Of a stretch of 64,000 nt of DNA, positions 42,116 through 52,191 are shown one piece after another (within the stretch, counting starts at the first letter, position 1; every line of letters starts with the position of its first letter). The stretch comes from Acutalibacteraceae bacterium (lineage in GTDB: Bacteria; Bacillota; Clostridia; Oscillospirales; Acutalibacteraceae), in assembly GCA_045537815.1 (NCBI GenBank), contig JAZSQD010000127.1, forward strand, positions 28,949 to 92,948, written 5' to 3'. A program made the position numbers and the translations under genes. Under the pieces are notes generated by a model. It saw nothing but the letters and a program-made list of their open reading frames with translations. It had not been told where the DNA came from and did no database searches.

Positions 42116-43942
42116 TTGTGGAGACCGCCAAGGGACCCCAATGTGAAGGTCCCTGTGTTTAAAAATATCGTTTACGCTCTGAAACTTGTCTGGCAGTGTG
42201 ATAAAAGACTGCTCATAGGATACATAATCAATGGCTTTTCAGCTAATATTTTCACTTTGTTTGTTCAGAATATACTTTTCCTTAAGGTGCTTCTGAGCGT
42301 ACTGGACAAGGGCAGCAGCTTTGAAAGCTATTTTTCTACTCTTGTAACATTCCTTGTTCTTTCCCTTGTGCTTCTTGCCGTAAGCTGGGGTTCACACTAC
42401 ATTGTCAGTGCCTCAACGAAAAATGTACTCAAGGTACTCAACAACAAAATATTCAACAAGGCTATAACCCTGGATGTGGAATGTTATGAAAATCCCGAAT
42501 TTTATGACAAATATCAGAGAGCCACAAATGTCCTTGCATGGTCATATTTTGACTTTGTGTGTCACGCAGTTGCAAGCATTATAACCTGCATTATATCTCT
42601 GGGACTTGTTATAGGCACGGTGACCACCATTAACCCAACTTATCTTCTGTTTCTTTTGCCTGTTGTTTTTGTTTTTCTTATTGAAACGGCAAAGAGTAAG
42701 CTTGTCTATAAGCGTGATATGGAAATGACAAAAAACAACAGAATAAAGGCATATATTCAGCGCACTGTTTTCCTCAAGGATTTTTCCAAGGATATGCGCA
42801 CATCAAATATTTTTGCCGTACTTATGCACCGCTTCAGGGCGGCAATTGACGGTAATGTTGAAATACTCAGAAGCTACGGTGTAAAGCTCTTTATTTACAG
42901 CACCGTCAGCTCACTTTTCAGCGAGTTCATCCCCATTATCGGCACCTATGCCTTTGCTACATATCAGTTTGTCTATACAAACGCCCTGACTGTTTCAGGC
43001 TTTTCCGTTGTGCTTTCCTCGATTAATGCTGTAAGGGAATCCACTCTGAGCATTGCAAGAAACTTTGACAGCCTTGTGAGTATGGCACTTTATTTTCAGA
43101 ATCTCAGAGAATTTTTCGACTATGAGCCGAAAATCACTTCAGGTGAAAAAATGCCGGAAGGGCTTGAAAGTCTTGAATTCAGAAATGTGAGCTTCAAGTA
43201 CCCCTCGGCAGAAAAGTTTGCCCTTAAGGATATTTCCTTCACAATAAACAAGGGAGAAACTCTTGCCCTCGTAGGCGTAAACGGTGCAGGCAAATCTACT
43301 CTCGTGAAGCTTCTGCTTCGTTTCTATGATGTGACGGAAGGCGAAATTCTCTATAACGGCATCAATATCAAGGAATATGACCTGAATGCTTATCGCAATG
43401 TTTTCGGCGCAGTTTTTCAGGATTACAAAAACTTTGCCGTTTCCGTTTATGAAAATGTTATCTGCCACGAATGCAGTGACGAAGAAAAGGCTAAGGCCGA
43501 GGACGCGCTTAAAAGAAGCGGTATCTGGGAAAAAATCTCCGCCTTCCAAAAGGGCGGCGACACTGTGCTGACAAAGGAATTTGACAAAAACGGTGCAGGT
43601 CTTTCAGGCGGTGAAAATCAGAAGGTTTCAGCGGCAAGGCTTTTTGCAAAGGACTTTCAGTTTGCTGTCCTTGACGAGCCTTCCTCTGCCCTTGACCCTA
43701 TAGCCGAATATAAAATGTATGAAAACCTTATTGACGTAACCAAGGATAAGACCGTTATGTATATATCTCACCGTCTGTCAAGCGCAGTGCTTTCAGACAG
43801 GATTATCGTTATAGGCGGCGGCAGGGTACTGCAGCAGGGAAGCCATAAGGAGCTTATGGAATGTGAGGGCAACTATAAAGAGATGTTTACTCTGCAGGCT
43901 TCAAGCTACAACGGTGAAAAGGAGGTAAGTGACAATGACTGA
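42116..43942 (+). CDS. ABC exporter, fused permease/ATPase (first half of a heterodimer)
   Basis: Six-TM ABC_membrane region followed by Walker A GVNGAGKST, signature LSGGENQK and Walker B AVLDEPSSALD. The track start at 42101 lies in the terminator T-run. TTG 42116 follows the SD GGAGGTGA. Confidence 0.85.
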   Translation: MWRPPRDPNVKVPVFKNIVYALKLVWQCDKRLLIGYIINGFSANIFTLFVQNILFLKVLLSVLDKGSSFESYFSTLVTFLVLSLVLLAVSWGSHYIVSASTKNVLKVLNNKIFNKAITLDVECYENPEFYDKYQRATNVLAWSYFDFVCHAVASIITCIISLGLVIGTVTTINPTYLLFLLPVVFVFLIETAKSKLVYKRDMEMTKNNRIKAYIQRTVFLKDFSKDMRTSNIFAVLMHRFRAAIDGNVEILRSYGVKLFIYSTVSSLFSEFIPIIGTYAFATYQFVYTNALTVSGFSVVLSSINAVRESTLSIARNFDSLVSMALYFQNLREFFDYEPKITSGEKMPEGLESLEFRNVSFKYPSAEKFALKDISFTINKGETLALVGVNGAGKSTLVKLLLRFYDVTEGEILYNGINIKEYDLNAYRNVFGAVFQDYKNFAVSVYENVICHECSDEEKAKAEDALKRSGIWEKISAFQKGGDTVLTKEFDKNGAGLSGGENQKVSAARLFAKDFQFAVLDEPSSALDPIAEYKMYENLIDVTKDKTVMYISHRLSSAVLSDRIIVIGGGRVLQQGSHKELMECEGNYKEMFTLQASSYNGEKEVSDND

Positions 43943-45722
43943 AAAGAAAAAGCACCACTCCACCTTTTCTAATATATTCTTTTTTATCCGTCTGCTGTTT
44001 AAGATTTCACCCACATTGGTTATAGGCGAATTTATAATGGGCATTCTCACCACACTGCCTACAAGACTTGTAAGCGTTGTGGGTCTTAAGTATATAATTG
44101 ATGTTGTGACCGAAGGCGAAAATGTAAAGCGCATTTTCTATGCCGTAGCAATTATTGCGGCAGTGCTTATTTTCAGCAAGCTTTTCGCATGGATTTTTCA
44201 GGAGTTTTTCTGGAATATGGCAAGGGAAAGAGTTTACTACGGACTTAACAGCATTCTCTATGAAAAGGCGAGACAGCTTGACCTTGAAAGCTATGACAAC
44301 CCCGAATTCTACAACAGCTTCATCCTCACCATTGAGTCCTCGTCGGATAATATCACAAACCTTTTAGGTCTTGTGAGAAACTATGTGGGCAATCTCATTT
44401 CATTTTTCACTATTGCAGGTGTACTGCTGACAATTGACCCCATTTGTCTTGTTATTATTCTTGTGTTTATAGGTGTCTTTCTGCCTCTTAGCAACAAAAG
44501 AGGCGATCTGCAGATGGCAAGACGCAGAGATAACACGGAGTACCACAGACGAAGCGACTACTTCCAGAGAATTTTCTATCTGCAGGACTATGCCAAGGAA
44601 GTGCGTATGAACAATATTCACCCTCTGCTTATGGCAAGGTACAACGACGCGGCTGACGATGTTATAGCAAACCAGAAAAGATATTGGAAGAAAATTTCTG
44701 CAGTGTCATTTCTGCAGGAGGCAGGTGTGCAGAGCCTCGGCTTTATGTTTGTGCTGCCTCTTTATCTCGGTTACTGTGTACTTGTGAAGGAAACTCTGTC
44801 GGCAGGCGATTTCGTTGCCGCCTTCAACGGTGCTTCATCTATTGCCATGTCTATTAACTTCCTGACGGTATGGGCAGTTGCAGTTTTCTCCGAAAGAGGC
44901 AAAATGATTGAGAAGTACCGCGAGTTTTTAGCTTGCGACTTTAAAATAAAAGACGGCGAAAAAACCGCCGCAGTAACTGAGCCTAAGGAAATCACCGTGA
45001 AGGATATGAGCTTCACCTATCCCGGTAACAGTGAGCCGACACTTAAAAACATAAATCTCACCATAAAGCCCTATGAAAAAATTGCCCTTGTAGGCTATAA
45101 CGGTGCAGGCAAGACAACCCTTACAAATCTGCTTATGCGCCTTTACGATGTGAGTGACGGAGCAATTCTCATTGACGGTGAAGATATAAGAGATTTCACG
45201 GTTTCATCTCACCGTGACCGCTTTGCAGCAGTTTTTCAGGATTTTCAGCTTTTTGCCTGTACGGCAAGAGAAAATGTTGCTCTGTCAGATGACGGCGACG
45301 AAGAAAGAGTAGAACAGGCACTGCGAAACAGCGGCTTTGACAAGAAGCTCAAGCACGGCGTGGATACGGAAATGCTCCGTGAATTTGACGATGAGGGCAG
45401 AATGCTATCCGGCGGTGAAAGTCAGAAAATTGCCATAGCAAGAGCCTTCTATAAGAATTGTCCCTATGTTATTCTCGATGAGCCTTCTGCAAACCTTGAC
45501 CCCATAGCCGAATATAATCTCAATCAGGCTATGATTGAAGCTGCAAAGCATAAGACGGTTATATTTATTTCTCACAGACTTTCCACCACTGTTGGTGCAG
45601 ACAGAATTTATGTAATGGAAAAGGGAGAGATAATAGAAAGCGGCAGCCATGAAGAGTTGATGAAGATGAAGGGTACATATGCATATATGTTTAATCTTCA
45701 GGCAGAAAAGTATAAGGAATAA
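43935..45722 (+). CDS. ABC exporter, fused permease/ATPase (second half of the heterodimer)
   Basis: Walker A GYNGAGKTT, signature LSGGESQK, Walker B VILDEPSANLD. ATG 43935 lies 9 nt after GGAGG and overlaps the upstream stop. Confidence 0.85.
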   Translation: MTEKKKHHSTFSNIFFFIRLLFKISPTLVIGEFIMGILTTLPTRLVSVVGLKYIIDVVTEGENVKRIFYAVAIIAAVLIFSKLFAWIFQEFFWNMARERVYYGLNSILYEKARQLDLESYDNPEFYNSFILTIESSSDNITNLLGLVRNYVGNLISFFTIAGVLLTIDPICLVIILVFIGVFLPLSNKRGDLQMARRRDNTEYHRRSDYFQRIFYLQDYAKEVRMNNIHPLLMARYNDAADDVIANQKRYWKKISAVSFLQEAGVQSLGFMFVLPLYLGYCVLVKETLSAGDFVAAFNGASSIAMSINFLTVWAVAVFSERGKMIEKYREFLACDFKIKDGEKTAAVTEPKEITVKDMSFTYPGNSEPTLKNINLTIKPYEKIALVGYNGAGKTTLTNLLMRLYDVSDGAILIDGEDIRDFTVSSHRDRFAAVFQDFQLFACTARENVALSDDGDEERVEQALRNSGFDKKLKHGVDTEMLREFDDEGRMLSGGESQKIAIARAFYKNCPYVILDEPSANLDPIAEYNLNQAMIEAAKHKTVIFISHRLSTTVGADRIYVMEKGEIIESGSHEELMKMKGTYAYMFNLQAEKYKE

Positions 45723-45788
45723 TTTGACACCTGAAAAAAATTGCTATATAATTTTTAAAAAATATTTATCAAATGTGAGGAGATTCAT

Positions 45789-47222
45789 ATGAAAAAAACA
45801 ACAACCGTAATTTTTTCTTTTGTTTTAGCTTTTTTAATGTTCTGCTCGTGTTGCAGTGTTTCCGTCTTTGCACAAGAGGATGCTTTCAAACCGGTGCTTC
45901 GCTTTATCGCATCAAGCGATACACATATACAGACCTCATCAAATAAAAATGAACAGCGTATCGCCGCAATGATGGATTTAGGCTATGCCGTTGCCGAAGA
46001 GGACCCGCATTATAAGGCACTTGATGCTCTCCTTGTTTGCGGTGATCTTACCGAAAGCGGAACAACCAAGCAGTTTGACAAATTTCAGAGTGCAATAGAT
46101 AGCTCATTGCGGGACGGCACCCGTTTTCTCGGCGTTGTTGCCCACGGACACGACGGCAAAACAATGACTCATGCACAAACTAGAGAATATTATTCCCAAA
46201 TCAGCGGTAATACCCCTGATTTTCATACAGTCATAAACGGTTTTCACTTTATCGGCATCTCCGTTTCTCCCAATCAGACAGGCCCTTGGAATGATGAAAA
46301 TCAGGTTCGTTGGCTTGACACACAGCTTGCTCAGGCTGCTGCAGACGATCCGGACAAACCGATTTTTGTTATTCATCACGAACATGTTCTCGGCACGGTT
46401 TACGGCAGCAACGAGGGCTGGGGCCTTTCCTGTTTCGCTGATGTTCTCAGCAAATATCCGCAGGTTGTTGATTTTTCCGGACATTCACACTACCCCCTTA
46501 ATGACCCCCGTTCACTTTGGCAAGGCGAATTTACGGCAATCGGTACCGGCGCACTCCACTATGCCGAATTCTTCATTGACGGCGAAACCGTTCATCCTTC
46601 GGGATACAAAGATGTTGCTACCTGCTGGATTGTAGAGGTAGACGCACAAAACAAAATCAGACTCAGAGGTATGGACATCCTTTCGGAGGAATGTTTGTGC
46701 GAATATATTCTGGATAATCCTGCAAAAGCCGAAAACAGACCCTACACACCGGAAAAGAGAGCCGAAGCCTCAAAAGCTCCCGTCTTTTCCCCCGATGCCG
46801 GAATTAAGATTTCTTCTCAGGATAACAATGCCGAGTTGACCGTTTCTGCCGCACAGTCAACAGACGGAATGCCCGTTGTTCTTTATCGGGCTTTTGCCAT
46901 AGATAAGCAGGGCAGAACTGTCTCGTCTGCATGGACACTTCCCCAATATTATGTTGCAGGGGAGCAAAAGGAGATAACTCTGAATTTAACCGGTCTTGAT
47001 AACGGTATATATACTGTCCGCGTAATTGCGCAAACGGCTTATGACGTTAGCTCCGCACCTCTGGATGCTACCTTGATTGTCGGCAACGTCAGCGAAGATG
47101 CGCCGCAGGATAAAGAGGATGACACAGAGGATAACGGCAACGAAAATGCCTTTACGGAGTTCTTCCGCCGCATTGGCGATTGGTTCCGCAGCATCTTTGA
47201 ATGGTTCAAAAACCTGTTCTGA
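45789..47222 (+). CDS. Secreted calcineurin-like metallophosphoesterase with an aromatic amphipathic C-terminal tail
   Basis: Signal peptide MKKTTTVIFSFVLAFLMFCSCCSVSVFA. Metallophosphoesterase motifs SDTH, GDLTE, HHEH and GHSH. The tail is ENAFTEFFRRIGDWFRSIFEWFKNLF. Confidence 0.8.
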   Translation: MKKTTTVIFSFVLAFLMFCSCCSVSVFAQEDAFKPVLRFIASSDTHIQTSSNKNEQRIAAMMDLGYAVAEEDPHYKALDALLVCGDLTESGTTKQFDKFQSAIDSSLRDGTRFLGVVAHGHDGKTMTHAQTREYYSQISGNTPDFHTVINGFHFIGISVSPNQTGPWNDENQVRWLDTQLAQAAADDPDKPIFVIHHEHVLGTVYGSNEGWGLSCFADVLSKYPQVVDFSGHSHYPLNDPRSLWQGEFTAIGTGALHYAEFFIDGETVHPSGYKDVATCWIVEVDAQNKIRLRGMDILSEECLCEYILDNPAKAENRPYTPEKRAEASKAPVFSPDAGIKISSQDNNAELTVSAAQSTDGMPVVLYRAFAIDKQGRTVSSAWTLPQYYVAGEQKEITLNLTGLDNGIYTVRVIAQTAYDVSSAPLDATLIVGNVSEDAPQDKEDDTEDNGNENAFTEFFRRIGDWFRSIFEWFKNLF

Positions 47223-47282
47223 GCTAAAGAAAATAACCTCCGCATAAAACCAAAAAAAGACATAGAAACAGTGTAACTGAAG

Positions 47283-47326
47283 GGGACAGGTTCAACCGAG
47301 CAGCCATGCTCGGTTGAACCTGTCCC
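47283..47326. terminator. 19-bp perfect hairpin between convergent genes
   Basis: gggacaggttcaaccgagc-agccat-gctcggttgaacctgtccc. The U-tract is only modest (ttgacttttg on the plus strand). Confidence 0.6.
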
Positions 47327-47365
47327 TTGACTTTTGCGTAAAATGCAGAAAAACTCTGTATGAAC

Positions 47366-48688
47366 TCATCTTCTGAGCATTTTTATTGCTTTTATCTTCG
47401 CCTTCTTTGCCGTGGGCATAAGCTTGGCATAGGAATAATACTTCAGAGCATTTCCCACAAGTATATATTCACCTATAAACTCATGATAGTCTGCAGAGAA
47501 GCTCTTTTTGAAATCGAAAATTCCCTTGAAATTATCCTGGGGAATAAGCTCGCCGAGAGTGCCGTCACCCTGAAGCTCGGGAGTTTTTACAATAATATAG
47601 CCAAGGTCGTGCACCTTACAACCGCGCTTTACGCTTTCACAAAGTCTGAGATAGTTGAGGTAGTGGCTTGAACGGGTGTTGTTTCTTATTACATTTCTTG
47701 TTCCGCCGAAAAGGCATGAACCCATGCCTGCATAATAAATTGAAAGACCGCCTGCAACGCAAATGCGTCTGTCTTTTGTGAACTCCTCAGCCTCAGACAT
47801 TCTCTTTTCGTAATGCTCTGTCTGCTTGTCCACGCTGTCAATAATTTCACGAAGCTGTCTTGCCTTCTTTTCGTGAGCAGTGGCAAGCTCAGCCAGAGCC
47901 TTTTCTTTCTTTTCGAGACGCTCCGCCTGAAGCTTCTCGTCAATATCCTTATCGTAATAAACAAGCTTCAGGTCACTGTTGTCTTTAAATTCACGAAGAA
48001 GCTTTGTGCAGTAATCACCGTTTCTTTCAACAAAGCTGTCTCTTTCACTTGTGTCACGCATAACCGCCATAAAGTCATCCATAAGTGCCGGATTTTTCTC
48101 TATATCCTCATATGTATAGCTTTCAGCCACAAGACCGCGCTGTTCGCCTATACGGATACTGTATCTGACACCCTTATCGCACTTTTTGAGAATTTTATCG
48201 GCAGTGAGCTGCACATCGCCCTCATAAAGAGGAATGAAAAGCTGTACCGGCTGCTTGTAGGTGTAATTTTCAATTGAGGGGTTCAGCTCATAGCCCATAT
48301 CTGTGAACACCTTGTGCATTCTGTGACCCTCATCCTTTTCTTCGCCGTTAATGCGAAGGGATACGGGCGGGTCCATAATAAGGCAGGTAGCGCCGCCTTT
48401 TTTCATTTCAGTCTTCATAAAATCGGTGAACTCTCTGAGAAGCTCTCTGTTACCGTAGTCGCAGACTGCACCGCCCGATGCGTACCAGATTTTGCCTGCA
48501 ACGGGAAGCGAACGCTCCATAATGAGTACGGCAAGAACTCTCTTTTCACCCTCGAAGCCGCAATAGTAGGTGCATTTCCATGTGGTTTTTACATTCTGCC
48601 ATGCACTGCACTGAATATACTGTCCGCCGTTTTCCTCTATAAATTTATCATATGCCTTCAGGTCGGTTTCCACTCTGAATGTATACAT
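47366..48688 (-). CDS. FemAB-family peptidoglycan interpeptide aminoacyltransferase (FemX/MurM-like)
   Basis: 440 aa with two GNAT-like halves separated by a coiled-coil insert (EKLQAERLEKKEKALAELATAHEKKARQLREI). The start codon directly abuts the murE stop. Confidence 0.85.
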   Translation of the reverse strand: MYTFRVETDLKAYDKFIEENGGQYIQCSAWQNVKTTWKCTYYCGFEGEKRVLAVLIMERSLPVAGKIWYASGGAVCDYGNRELLREFTDFMKTEMKKGGATCLIMDPPVSLRINGEEKDEGHRMHKVFTDMGYELNPSIENYTYKQPVQLFIPLYEGDVQLTADKILKKCDKGVRYSIRIGEQRGLVAESYTYEDIEKNPALMDDFMAVMRDTSERDSFVERNGDYCTKLLREFKDNSDLKLVYYDKDIDEKLQAERLEKKEKALAELATAHEKKARQLREIIDSVDKQTEHYEKRMSEAEEFTKDRRICVAGGLSIYYAGMGSCLFGGTRNVIRNNTRSSHYLNYLRLCESVKRGCKVHDLGYIIVKTPELQGDGTLGELIPQDNFKGIFDFKKSFSADYHEFIGEYILVGNALKYYSYAKLMPTAKKAKIKAIKMLRR

Positions 48689-50158
48689 TTATATACCTTC
48701 TTTCTTTTCTTTCAATGCTCTGAGTACCTCTGCCTTTTCGTTGAAGGGTACTTTTTCGCCCTTGATTTTCATATATTGCTCGTGACCCTTACCTGCAAGG
48801 ATAAGAATGTCACCTTTTTCTGCCTTTTTCACTGCGAAACCCACAGCCTCGGCTCTGTCGGGGATAATCACATATTCGCCCCCTGCCTTTTCGCAGTAGG
48901 ATGCAATTTCCTCGCAGATGCTTCTCGGGTCTTCAAAGTCAGGATCGTCACTTGTTATGACGGTGAAATCACTCATATGCCCCGAAACGGTACCCAGCTC
49001 TTCACGGCGACATTCTGTGCGTCCACCAACGCTGCCGAAAAGGGTTATGATTTTATTATGCTCATATTCCTTTGCAGTGTCAATTATACTCTTAAGGCTT
49101 ATGCCGTTGTGGGCATAGTCGATGATAACTGTCACATCCTCGCTTTCGCGTACCAGCTCGCCTCTGCCTCTGACGAAAACATCTCTGAGACCCTTAGCGA
49201 TATCATTATCCTTTACGCCGAAGCCTTCTGCAAGAGCTACTGCAATAAGAGCATTATGGGCATTAAACTCACCGGGCATTGCAATAGTGAAGCTTTTGTT
49301 TTTGCCCTTGGACTTCATATCGAAAGCAACTGCAAGCAGGTTGCCGTCTTTTTTCTTTTCTGCGTTTTCCAGCACATAGTCTGCATTGTTGTCATAGCCG
49401 TAGGTGATGACTTCGCCCTTGCAATATTTCAGCACTTCCTCACTGAATGGGTCGTCAATGTTTATGATAGCCTTGTCACACATAGGAAAAAGCTGAGTTT
49501 TCCAATAGGCGTATTCCTCGAAGCTGTCGTGCTCGTTGGTACCGATATGGTCGGGATAAAGATTTATAAACACGCCGTAGCCAAAGTGTATGCCCTCAAC
49601 ACGGTGATGCTTAAGCCCGAGGGATGAAACCTCCATGGCAACTGCCTTGCAGCCTCCCTCAACCATCTGACGCAGCATTTTCTGCAGCTCATAGCTTTCA
49701 GGAGTAGTGTTGACAGTGGGCAGCTGTGTGTTGCCGTAAAATGCACCTACAGTGCCGATTATGCCCGTTTTTATACCGCCTGCTTCAAGTGCAAACTTCA
49801 CAAGGTGTGCCGAGGTGGTTTTTCCCTTTGTGCCGGTGATGCCGATAACACACAGCTCCTCAGAGGGATTGCTAAAGAAATTACAGCTTATCTTTGCAAG
49901 GGCGCTTCGGGTGTTTTCGGTTATTATAACAAGTGCATCGTCGGGAAGCTCAACCTTTTTTTCGCAAAGGAAGACACGGCTGCCCTTTTCGTAGGCGCTC
50001 AAGGCGTACTTGTGACCGTCTGTGAAAGCACCCACAAGGCACACAAAAAGTATGCCCTCACCGCTTTTTCTTGAATCGTAGGCTATATCTTTTATTTCCA
50101 CATCGCAGAAATTTTCCGCAGTGTAGTCAAGACCTTTTAATATTTCGGAAAGTTTCAT
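48689..50158 (-). CDS. murE: UDP-MurNAc-L-Ala-D-Glu : diamino-acid ligase
   Basis: 489 aa with GITGTKGKTT, the DYAHN motif and a C-terminal Mur ligase domain. The specificity motif reads DDPD (48938-48949) rather than DNPR. Confidence 0.9.
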   Translation of the reverse strand: MKLSEILKGLDYTAENFCDVEIKDIAYDSRKSGEGILFVCLVGAFTDGHKYALSAYEKGSRVFLCEKKVELPDDALVIITENTRSALAKISCNFFSNPSEELCVIGITGTKGKTTSAHLVKFALEAGGIKTGIIGTVGAFYGNTQLPTVNTTPESYELQKMLRQMVEGGCKAVAMEVSSLGLKHHRVEGIHFGYGVFINLYPDHIGTNEHDSFEEYAYWKTQLFPMCDKAIINIDDPFSEEVLKYCKGEVITYGYDNNADYVLENAEKKKDGNLLAVAFDMKSKGKNKSFTIAMPGEFNAHNALIAVALAEGFGVKDNDIAKGLRDVFVRGRGELVRESEDVTVIIDYAHNGISLKSIIDTAKEYEHNKIITLFGSVGGRTECRREELGTVSGHMSDFTVITSDDPDFEDPRSICEEIASYCEKAGGEYVIIPDRAEAVGFAVKKAEKGDILILAGKGHEQYMKIKGEKVPFNEKAEVLRALKEKKEGI

Positions 50159-50883
50159 TTTGTCTCTCCTGACTGCTCCTCAAGAGCCTTTAAACGCATT
50201 TTTTCTTTTTTGACTTCTGCACGCTGAGCAAGATATGCCGCACGCTTTTCGTGGCGGTCTTTTCCGCCGATGATGCCTACTCTGCGGAAGGCTTCAATAA
50301 ACATAGCTGCCAGTGCGCCGCCCGTACCCAGCATAATGTCTGCCATTGTGTCTGTCAGACCGTGACTGTAAGGGGTCTGACCGTGCTGCATGGTAAAGCC
50401 GTAAAGCCTGTCCATAGTGAACTCGTAATACTCCCAGCCCACAAGTATGGAAACAGCGAAGCCCAGAGAAAAAAGAGCCTGAACAGAAATTTTGATAGGA
50501 TGCTTGTCACCCTGCATTATCTCGGAAAGCACATAGGCTCCCGTGCAGGCAAGGTACCCTGCAAAAATATGCTCGGGGATGTCAACTCCCGTAAAGTCGG
50601 TGCGGGTGTTGAGGGTAGTGCCTACAACACAGCCGAAGCAGATAAAAACATTCAGCAGAGTCTGCATATAGGCAGGCATTTTTGTTATGAAGCTCCTGCC
50701 GCCGAAAAGCTGAAACATATCCCACAGGTGGGTGAAGATAATTGCAAAGGTTGCCTGCACAAATTCTGATGTGTAGCCGTGGAGCATACCCCACACACCC
50801 CATATAAAGAGAAGCCCTCTGCAAACCCACCAGATTATTTTATGCCATTTCCCGATAGCGGGAATTCTGTTGAGCTTTTTCAT
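50155..50883 (-). CDS. Integral membrane protein of unknown function, translationally coupled to murE
   Basis: 242 aa with about six hydrophobic helices and a charged C-terminal tail. An ATGA overlap joins it to the murE start. Confidence 0.6.
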   Translation of the reverse strand: MKKLNRIPAIGKWHKIIWWVCRGLLFIWGVWGMLHGYTSEFVQATFAIIFTHLWDMFQLFGGRSFITKMPAYMQTLLNVFICFGCVVGTTLNTRTDFTGVDIPEHIFAGYLACTGAYVLSEIMQGDKHPIKISVQALFSLGFAVSILVGWEYYEFTMDRLYGFTMQHGQTPYSHGLTDTMADIMLGTGGALAAMFIEAFRRVGIIGGKDRHEKRAAYLAQRAEVKKEKMRLKALEEQSGETK

Positions 50884-51142
50884 TTATATATACTGTATCC
50901 TTTCACGGTTATTATACATAATAAATTATTATAGCACATTATTAAGATTTTTACCATATGTAAGCGGAATTTCTTGAAAAAACCTTTCATTTGAGTTTTA
51001 CATGAAAAATATCTTAAAAAAAACTTAAAAAAATCTGAAATATTTATATTTTAATACTTGAAGAATGGAATAAAATGTACTATAATGATAAAAAATTATG
51101 CGTTCATATATCTGCGCGCAAAAAAGGAAAGGAAATCAGGTC

Positions 51143-52057
51143 ATGGAAAACAATTCAAATAACTCATGGAGCTTCTTAAAAGATGATGTTATGAAGGGCC
51201 TTGCAATTGCTCTTGTTGTCGTCTTTCTCTTCTCAACAGGTAACATTCTCGGTTCTCTTATGAATGTTAAGACAACAAGCACAGACGTTGATGCAGAGGT
51301 TACAACAACTGCACCTACAACTGCTCCCACAACAGCTCCTACAACCGCTCCCACAACAGCGCCTACACAGGCTCCCACAGACGCTCCCTCAGGCGGCGAC
51401 ACAACAGCTCCCACACAGGCTCCCACAGATGCTCCCTCAACAGGCGCACCTCAGTCAAAGGCTGAAATCATTGCTTACTTCAATGAAAGCGCAGACAAGG
51501 TTAAGACAGATGCAACAAAGGTTGTAAGAAACTACGAAGACCTTCGTCACAATGCTGATAAGCTTGTTCTTCCCAAAGCTCTTCAGTCAATCGGTGAAGG
51601 CCTTATCTCAAGCTTCCTCAAGAAGAACGAAACTCCCGTTGAATATGCAACAAACGCTGATATCGTTGCTTCATATCCCGTTGCAGGTCAAACATGGTCA
51701 AGTAAGCTCACAGAAGCTGATGTTGCTGAAGCTACCTGCAATGACAACGGCACTGAATATGAAATCATGATTAAGCTCAACACATCAACAGACCCCGCTG
51801 CAGGCACAGGCGCAGCAGCAGCTTTATCAACAATTAAGACTGAAGATGTTATGGATGCAGCAGGCTTCGTTGTTCAGAGCTTCTCCGCTGAATATTATGA
51901 TTCTGTAATCAAGTGCAAGATTGACAAGGCTACAGGCCGCACCACATGGTCAAACTACACACTTCCCATCCTTCTCAGAGTTGAAGCTAAGCTCTTCGGC
52001 ACACTCCATGCAGAAGTTGGTATGACCTTTGAACACGACTACACAATTACATACTAA
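51143..52057 (+). CDS. Membrane-anchored extracellular protein with a (T/Q)APT-rich linker
   Basis: ATG 51143 follows AAAGGAAAGGAAA. The N-terminal anchor is GLAIALVVVFLFSTGNILGSL. The linker is TTAPTTAPTTAPTTAPTTAPTQAPTDAP..TTAPTQAPTDAP, then a globular domain of unknown family. Confidence 0.65.
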   Translation: MENNSNNSWSFLKDDVMKGLAIALVVVFLFSTGNILGSLMNVKTTSTDVDAEVTTTAPTTAPTTAPTTAPTTAPTQAPTDAPSGGDTTAPTQAPTDAPSTGAPQSKAEIIAYFNESADKVKTDATKVVRNYEDLRHNADKLVLPKALQSIGEGLISSFLKKNETPVEYATNADIVASYPVAGQTWSSKLTEADVAEATCNDNGTEYEIMIKLNTSTDPAAGTGAAAALSTIKTEDVMDAAGFVVQSFSAEYYDSVIKCKIDKATGRTTWSNYTLPILLRVEAKLFGTLHAEVGMTFEHDYTITY

Positions 52058-52191
52058 GATTAATATAACCCATACGGCACTGCTCAGGCAGTGCCGTTAT
52101 ATTTTCATCAAATATAACCTTACATCTTGATTTTTAAGTCTTATTTGTTGTATTATTATATGGTAAGATTTTTAACAAAAGGAGAAAGATT

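Noticed and set aside
48314-49627. A 437-aa plus-strand ORF.
   Set aside because: It lies antisense across the femAB/murE junction and has Cys/Phe/Leu-rich composition typical of the reverse strand of real genes. It has no SD, and both sense-strand genes have clear family motifs.
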